The translations under genes and the position numbers were made by a program. This document shows, one piece after another, positions 56,866 to 64,000 of a DNA stretch of 64,000 nt (the stretch's first letter is position 1; each line of letters opens with the position of its first letter). The notes below the pieces were generated by a model that saw nothing but the letters and a program-made list of their open reading frames with translations, had not been told where the DNA came from and did no database searches. The stretch is from Macrostomum hystrix (Eukaryota; Animalia; Platyhelminthes), in NCBI GenBank assembly GCA_950097015.1, contig CATNEN010000009.1, positions 1,674,001 through 1,738,000 on the forward strand, read 5' to 3'.

Positions 56866-59800
56866 ACGCCAGGTGGCACAGATGTCAAAGGCTCATTTGC
56901 GTCTCTGTTTGTCTGGGTAAGATTTAGAAATAGATTTTTAAATAAATCGAACAAGTCGCAAATAATTAGCGAAAGTTAATCGAAACATTTTTCCAGATTG
57001 AAACATTTCACACTTTGGACAATCCGCTGAAGTATGAAGACCTGATGGAGCAGGACTTTCTGTTTGAAGTCTTGCACCAAATGTGAGTGTCGCGCGCTTT
57101 CCTGAATCACAGTAATAAAAAACTCTTGAGATGAGCTTGACAACCGATTCCACTGGCCTTCCAGAGACAGCCGGCCTCTTTGGACTGAGCCCGTCAGCTG
57201 CGCCAAGGATTCGGCCAGCCAGATACACAATGCATCAGTGCTGACTGCGCAGCTGCTCACCTGCTATGTGGTGCGTGACTGCCTAGCTGCTGCTGACAGA
57301 GTGGTGGACACACCTTAGAGAATGGTGGACACACCTTAGAGAATGGTGGACACATCTTGAGAAAATGGTGGATACACCTTAGAGAATGGTGGACACATCT
57401 TGAGAAAATGGTGGATACACCTTAGAGAATAGTGGACACATCTGAGAGAATGGTGGACACATCTGAGAGAATGGTGGACACATCTGAAAGAATGGTGGAC
57501 GCATCTGAGGAAATGGTGGACGCATGACAGGGAATGGTGGACACATCTGAGTGGTCTGAGAGAATGGCGGACACATCTGAGTGGTCTGAGAGAATGGCGG
57601 ACACATCTGAGTGGTCTGAGAGAATGGCGGACACATCTGAGTGGTCTGAGAATGGCGGACACATCTGAGTGGTCTGAGAGAATGGCGGACACATCTGAGT
57701 GGTCTGAGAGAATGGCGGACACATCTGAGTGGTCTGAGAGAATGGCGGACACATCTGAGTGGTCTGAGAGAATGGCGGACACATCTGAGTGGTCTGAGAG
57801 AATGGCGGACACATCTGAGTGGTCTGAGAATGGCGGACACATCTGAGTGGTCTGAGAGAATGGCGGACACATCTGAGTGGTCTGAGAGAATGGCGGACAC
57901 ATCTGAGTGGTCTGAGAGAATGGCGGACACATCTGAGTGGTCTGAGAGAATGGTGGACACATCTGAGTGGTCTGAGAGAATGGTGGACACATCTGAGTGG
58001 TCTGAGAGAATGGTGGACACATCTGAGTGGTCTGAGAGAATGGTGGACACATCTGAGTGGTCTGAGAGAATGGTGGACACATCTGAGTGGTCTGAGAGAA
58101 TGGTGGACACATCTGAGTGGTCTGAGAGAATGGTGGACACATCTGAGTGGTCTGAGAGAATGGCGGACACATCTGAGTGGTCTGAGAGAATGGCGGACAC
58201 ATCTGAGTGGTCTGAGAGAATGGCGGACACATCTGAGTGGTCTGAGAGAATGGTGCCACTTTCAGCAATTCACTTCGCACTGATTGCAGGACTGCCTAAG
58301 CCAGGCCGTTCTGCTCCCCATGCTGGACTTGAGCACTCTTGTGAGCTACAGAGTGGATCTCAGTAAGCCCAGCTGTTGCTAACAAGCTTTTCCAAATGTT
58401 CGGGTGGCTCTAAGAACCTGCTGCAATTTTGCACCCACAGATGCGTCCCAGCAAGAGATGCGAAAGATACTACTGCTAGTACTGGGGCTGGTCATCCAGA
58501 GCGACAGGAAGGACGACTTCATCGCCGTGATGGAGACACTGCCTGGCGACGTCAAGGAGGACATCATGGAGAGCTACAAGGAGGTTCGTGGGCGCTCGGA
58601 CAGGGGATCTTGTATTCCGCTCACTTTTTGAGAATTTATACTCAAGCCATTGGATTTTGCAGTTGAGTTCGCAGCTGGTTCGCCTGGACTCCACTGAGGA
58701 CTCGTCGGCTCTGAGACGGTGCCACGCTGACCGCCTGACCTGCTTCAAGGTGGCTTTGCTATTCTCGGGTGTAGATGACTTTAATGTTCATTATTAACTT
58801 GGTTCACAGTTGGACTACCAAGCCTTTTAGCCGCCCCTTTCAATACCAAGGGTGGGATTCCCCCTGACATTAATTTTTGCTGCACCCGAATGGAGCAATG
58901 CAAGTAAATGAAACTCAAGAACACGGGCCAAATTTTTGTTGTGCATCTTTTGAAATAATAATCAAGTCGCCAGCCCTTTCAGATCGTCGAGATATTCGTC
59001 GGTTCTGGTGGACGGTCTGGTTTTTTTCCCATAAGAGATAGTGTATTTCATTCACCCCAATACACGAATTAGCACTGCGGCCTTGCCAGGCTTTTTAAAT
59101 TTATCAGGCCTTACGTCCCGACCTTTATCTAGATTCTAGAAGGAGCTGCTGGACCTTCGACAAGAGGCACAAGCCGAGTATGGACACCCTGATGAAATTC
59201 ACTGATCAACCCTCAATATCGGATGAAGGCCGCACTGAGGCAGAAATGTGAATGAAATACATTACGTATTATAGGAAAAGTCTGACATACGGCCAGAACC
59301 GTTGATGATATCGACGATTTGGAGGGCTGGCGACTTGATTCTTGTTTCTGAAGATGCGCAACAAAAAGTTGGCCCGTGTTCTAAAGTTTCGTGATCTTGC
59401 ATTTACAACAATGCCCTGACCGATGCCCGCAGAGGTCCAGCCAGGCCCTGCGCGAGAAGTTCTACCTTGAGTCAGTGCTGCTCTCCGCCCAGACTGTCTC
59501 CGGCTCCGGGCCCGACCTACTGAAATCCCTGCGCCCGCCGGAGGGCCTCGTGGACTTCCATGGCTACCAGCTGCTCCTCGGCTCAGCCAATCAGCAGGTC
59601 GCCAGCTTGGCAGCCCAGCTCGACGACCGGGCAGCGGAGGCCGCCCAGTTGACAGACCGGCTGCGGCTCAAGCGGGAGAAGGCTCGGCGCCTCAAGGCTC
59701 AGTTGAAGGTCTGCATCCTCATACCTGATCGCCACCTGGCCTGATCCCCACCTGGCCTGATCCCACCTGGCCTGATCCCACCTGGCCTGATTCCACCTGG

Positions 59801-62123
59801 CCTGATCCCCACCTTGCCTAATCCCCACCTTGCCTAATCCCCACCTGGCCTGATCCCCACCTGGCCTGATCCCCACCTGGCCTGATCCCCACATGGCCTG
59901 ATTCTCATACCTGATCCCCACCCCAACTGGCCTGATCCTCATTCCAGAGCCTTTCCGGATCGGAACACGCGCTGAAGCTGAAAAACCTTATAGATGAAAA
60001 TGAACGCATAAAGGACTCAGTGAGACCGTTTAAATAGCTTGCTCACTTCTTATCAACAAAGATCATTCTGGTCCTGTTGAGCCTAAACTCTTCGTTAAAA
60101 TCCCGAATTGCAGCTTCGCGGGTTCGATCAGCAACGAGCAGAGATGGCCAGTCTCAGACAGCGGCTGGCTGAGTTCGACTTCTTCAAGGCGCGAGTTCAG
60201 GTAAGCTGAGGAAGTTTCATCCAATCACAGTGTGTACAACAAAGCTTCATCCAATCACAGAGTGTACATCACAGCATCATCCAATCAGAGTGTGTACATT
60301 CGAGCTTCATCTATTCCCAGAGTTTTCACCGCATTTTCATCCGATCACATGGTGTACAGCAAAGCTTCATCCAATCACTGCACCACCAGGAGCTGCGCGA
60401 TGAGAACGGCCAGCTTCTGGAGGAGCGCCAGCGGGCCGAAGAAAAGCTTTCGATATTGCGCGCCAACGCCGAGGCCGCTGCCGACCGCCTGGCCGAGTGC
60501 CAGCTGCGGTGCGAGGAGCTCGCCTGCCAGCGCGAATCGGCTACCGAGCAGGCCGCTGCCTCCGCCCGCCGGCTGGCCGCTGAAAACCGCCGCCTCCGCG
60601 AGGCGCTGGACGCCTTGGGCGGTGCTGACGCAGCTGCCGCAGCTGCCGCTGCTGCAGCCGCCTCCGCCTCAGCGTCTGCCGACTCTGACGCCGCTTCAGC
60701 ACCGTCGCTGGCTGCGGAGTTGGCCGCGGCGGCGCGAATTCGCGACCTCGAGGCCGAGGTGGGCCGATTGCGCAGCGCTGCTTCAGCTGCGGCTCCAACC
60801 GCAACGCCGGCTGCAGCAAAAGACGGCGATAGCGAGGCGCTGCTGGCTGCGGCCGAGCGGGCCCTCGAAAAAGCGGAGCGGCGCGCTGAGCGGCTCCTAG
60901 CCGAGCGGACGGTGGCCGAAGCCGCGGCTGCCGACAATGAGCGTCGGCTTCGGGCTGCTCAAGCCGAGCGTGCTCAGGCGGAGGCGGCTGCGGCTGCTCG
61001 AGTCGAGGCCATCCGTCGAACAGCAGACGAAGCCGAGCGTCGGGCCGCCGATGCGGAGCGGCGACTTCAGCGCCTGCTGGCCGAGCGGGCCGAGTCGGCG
61101 GCGGAGACGGAGACGGAGGTGGTGCTGCAGGCCAGTCAGGAGCTGGCTAAGCACCTGGCAAGGCTGGGCGGCAACAACCGGACTCTGCGACAGTCTTGCG
61201 ACAAGCTCAAGGCGGAGCTCACCCGGCTGGCTGGAGTGGAGCTGGAGGTGAGCGGCTTTGAGCTCACTGAATAGCTGAGAATAGTTTTGTCTTCGATTTC
61301 ATAGACGATGACTCACAAAAGAGTGGACTATAAACCACAATAATAATAGTAACAATTGATACTATTAATAGTAACATCTGGCCCAATCGGGCCAGATGTG
61401 CAGCCGACAGCACAGCCGTAGCTATTGAGCGGCGCAACTGTAGGCTGCGTACGGCTGTTCAGTCCATGGACTTGAGGGGAGTACGCCACACCCACCCTCA
61501 ATTACCCCAGCTAATGCTGGTACCCATCTAACAGCTGGGTGAACTGAAGCAATGCAAAGTTAAGTGTCTTACTAAAATACACAAACTGTCGTAGTGAAGT
61601 CAGGAATCGAATGGATGTAGACTCACGATAGAGTGGATGAGGACTCACGATAGAGTGGATGAGGACTCACGATAGAGTGGATGAGGACTCACGATAGAGT
61701 GGATGAGGACTCACGATAGAGTGGATGAGGACTCACGATAGAGTGGATGAGGACTCACGATAGAGTGGATGAGGACTCAGGCTCAGGCCTATCAATAGTG
61801 AGGTTAGTCAAACTTTACTCCTTGCCTCCGCCCAGGTGCTGGAGCTGCGCTCCGCTAGGGACGCCGACAGCCGCCTGCTGCACCGCCTGGAGGCTGAGAA
61901 TCGGCAGCTCAGGCGAACCCTGGACACTCAGAGCTGCCAATCGCCGCCGACCCCCATGAAGACCACCGCCGGTCCGAGGCATCGTGCAGCTGCGCCAGCG
62001 CCAGTTTCGAAGGCGGCAACCAATCCGTCTTCAATGACGTCAACTTCCGAAGGCGGCCCCGCAACGGTTGCTTCCATCGGCAAACGGGCTGGCGCGACTC
62101 GACAGCCGACAAAGCAGAGTTGA
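56866..62123 (+). CDS. CCDC88A: CCDC88 (Girdin/Daple-like) Hook-domain coiled-coil protein, ~708 aa modelled
   Basis: Phase-consistent exons: 56866-56916, 56997-57082, 57165-57270, 58290-58362, 58441-58583, 58663-58749, 59433-59708, 59948-60019, 60114-60200, 60390-61247, 61836-62123. Hook-like EMRKILLLVLGLVIQSDRKDDFI and Girdin-like LAEFDFFKARVQELRDENGQLLE. The start exon and true 3' end are uncertain. Family-level call. Confidence 0.82.
57300..58252. repeat. Intronic minisatellite, 30-bp unit with shorter 20-23-bp precursor units
   Basis: Tandem GAATGG(C/T)GGACACATCTGAGTGGTCTGAGA. Confidence 0.95.
58897..59403. mobile_element. MITE-like element with long imperfect TIRs (~150 bp)
   Basis: AATGCAAG...AGAACACGGGCCAA...AATCAAGTCGCCAGCCCT at the left is mirrored at 59250-59403. 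No TSD was identified. Confidence 0.7.
59733..59942. repeat. 15-16-bp intronic minisatellite
   Basis: Tandem CCCACCTGGCCTGAT(C). Confidence 0.9.
60215..60380. repeat. Degenerate ~30-bp repeat containing CATCCAATCA
   Basis: Five degenerate (GC)TTCATCCAATCAC...GTGTAC units. Confidence 0.7.
61330..61612 (-). mobile_element. SINE copy truncated within the B box
   Basis: Same body as 30300-30580, with a perfect 11-bp hairpin ACATCTGGCCC-AATC-GGGCCAGATGT. It ends at GGAATCGAA. Confidence 0.78.
61615..61778. repeat. 22-bp minisatellite, ~7 copies, same family as 30595-31772
   Basis: Tandem GACTCACGATAGAGTGGATGAG. Confidence 0.92.
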
Positions 62124-64000
62124 TCGTGATTGATTGAGGTCTCAATTTGTATTTTCCGGAAACAGAAGTGAATCTTGGTCTCTTTTTTATAGCTCGGATT
62201 ATTGCTCGCATTTTAGCCCGATCTCCATTCGCCAAACAATGAATATGATTTTTGGCTGAAGCTATGAATCTGTCTCGTTCTCTGTGTCCCGTTTACAGCA
62301 TTTGACAACTTGGTATTCGTTGAGTCTTTGTTCTGCATTCCATTCCCCGAAGCGCACAGAGAGGAAGTGCTTGCTGCAGCAAGCAATCGCTCATTAACCT
62401 GGCTGCTCCTACCGACCGTAATTTTTACAATCTTGATTTATTTTTCAACGTAATCTTTGATTTATAACAAATGATTCGCCTTTCCTGGGCTGTACCTGTC
62501 AATCGTAGATCGAATCCCTTGCCCGGAAGCCAATTCTGCCAATTTTTTGTAACATGCCAGCTTTGCAGAATTTTCACCGTAACTTTTATCATGATCGTTT
62601 TTATTTTGCTTACCATAATTTTATGATATTCTAGGTATGTGGCCCTTCAGTGCTCAGCCGTAAGACTCAACCAAATTAGGTCTTATCGATATTTTCTTGC
62701 TTAAATGCGCACTGTCTTGTCTATCTGATCCTGCAATCAGGTCGCAAGATTCTCAGAATTACAATTCTGTGGCGCAATCCGGCGGTTCTACGATCGCTAC
62801 CTGTTGGCAGCACAACAGTTGATTTTGCACATACTATTATAGGCGAAGAGCTTTACTAAATGCTCACTATAACTCCGTCTCAGCTTGGTTTATTCATGCT
62901 GCTTATTTTGGTGCAGACAAATAGCACCAACATATCTGACCACGTTATAAAATTTAAAAATCTTCCAAAACCACAACGATGATAATAGATTTTCACACTA
63001 GGAAACGACAGGCGAGTAGCCAGAATCATGAGAAATAGAATATTGAAACTTCATAACAGCAGCATGCTTATAGCAATGCTGTAACAGATAACAGATGCTT
63101 ATAGCTATCTGGCGGAAACAATTAGAACTCGCATAAAACACTTATTTGCAGCAAAATACAGAAAGGCTGGCCAGAAATTTGTGGACATCGATATGCAGGG
63201 CCACCCGGTGGTAAAGGCTGACGCCGGGACTCAGGTTAATCCTGATTCATTCGGCCGCCACCGACACCAGCGACCTGTGGGAGCCATTACTTGGATGAAG
63301 GGCTCCCCGTGGTCACAAAAACTAAAAGCTGGCAATCCCAGGGGAACCACCTACCACCACAGCAGCCGCCGAGGACCTAGCCGACGAGGGAAGGGCTCCG
63401 AAACTATTATAGGAGAAAATAACCAGATCCCCCCAAAAAGACGAATTTTTATGAAGAACTATAAAATTAACATTGACCTCATGGTACAGGGAATTACTTT
63501 AATGATGATTTAAAATGCCTAATGTGAATATTTAAAATATCCTAAAACGAAAAAAATGATTTGTTAATCGTTTGTAAGTCATATTGGGTTTTTAGAGAGT
63601 TTGTGCGAATTAATTTTGGGCCATTTTGTTAAGTCATAAGCAAGCAGTTATCGGCTGTAAACGCTTTTGTCCAATAGGTAACGTTTCGTAGAAATCGTTT
63701 AAAATAAGCTGAAGCCACGTGCTTGGGCGACCTGTCGCTGCGCCTGCTCGCGCATACTCAAGTATGCTTGTTTTAAACTGTACTGAAGTATAATCATATG
63801 AAATTTCAGAAACTGTTTTCGAATATGATGTTTTTCTTTTTCTAATAAGTAAGTTGTATACTTATGTATATTTTCTATCTGAACGTATTCGTTAGATTGT
63901 CTAAATCATTTTTATTAACTATTTGTCTGTTATGACTAGACTAGGCCTATGCAGATACATTTCTACAACACTACATAGTCGCATCTCTCATTACCTTTGA

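Noticed and set aside
57336-58366. Repetitive ORFs over the 30-bp array
   Set aside because: This is an intronic minisatellite between well-supported CCDC88 exons.
61330-61410. Helitron/Helentron interpretation of the terminal hairpin
   Set aside because: The tRNA-like head at the other end and the simple-repeat tail fit a SINE better, and no TC...CTRR termini were seen.
63181-63513. 110-aa ORF near the window end
   Set aside because: It has a GTG start, no recognisable domain and no supported splice context.

Overview
Eukaryotic (invertebrate metazoan) genomic DNA with GC-rich, Ala-rich spliced exons separated by AT-rich or minisatellite-filled introns. This style resembles a free-living flatworm such as Macrostomum, which is inference and unverified. 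Five host genes are supported by phase-consistent exon models: EHD-family ATPase (+, 5' end outside the window), AP-2 mu subunit (-), Discs-large MAGUK (+), ATG16-like protein (-) and a CCDC88/Girdin-like Hook-domain coiled-coil protein (+). Mobile DNA comprises two copies of one Ty3/Gypsy family with 177-bp LTRs (a deleted copy in an EHD intron and an intact gag/pol copy in ATG16 intron 1), an intact Gypsy element with identical 312-bp LTRs nested in a Harbinger-type Myb + nuclease gene pair, a Merlin-derived fold-back element with a 9-bp TSD, a tRNA-derived SINE family, a MITE-like inverted repeat, a further dispersed repeat and about 20 minisatellites. The strongest observations are a slippery heptamer plus H-type pseudoknot at the gag/pol overlap, a five-fold in-frame tandem duplication of a Dlg splice donor, the 249-bp near-perfect Merlin hairpin, an array of about 59 branch-point motifs abutting a Dlg acceptor, a phase-compatible alternative Dlg terminal exon, and an ATG16 lacking the WIPI2/FIP200 linker. 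All coordinates, alignments and counts were read by eye.
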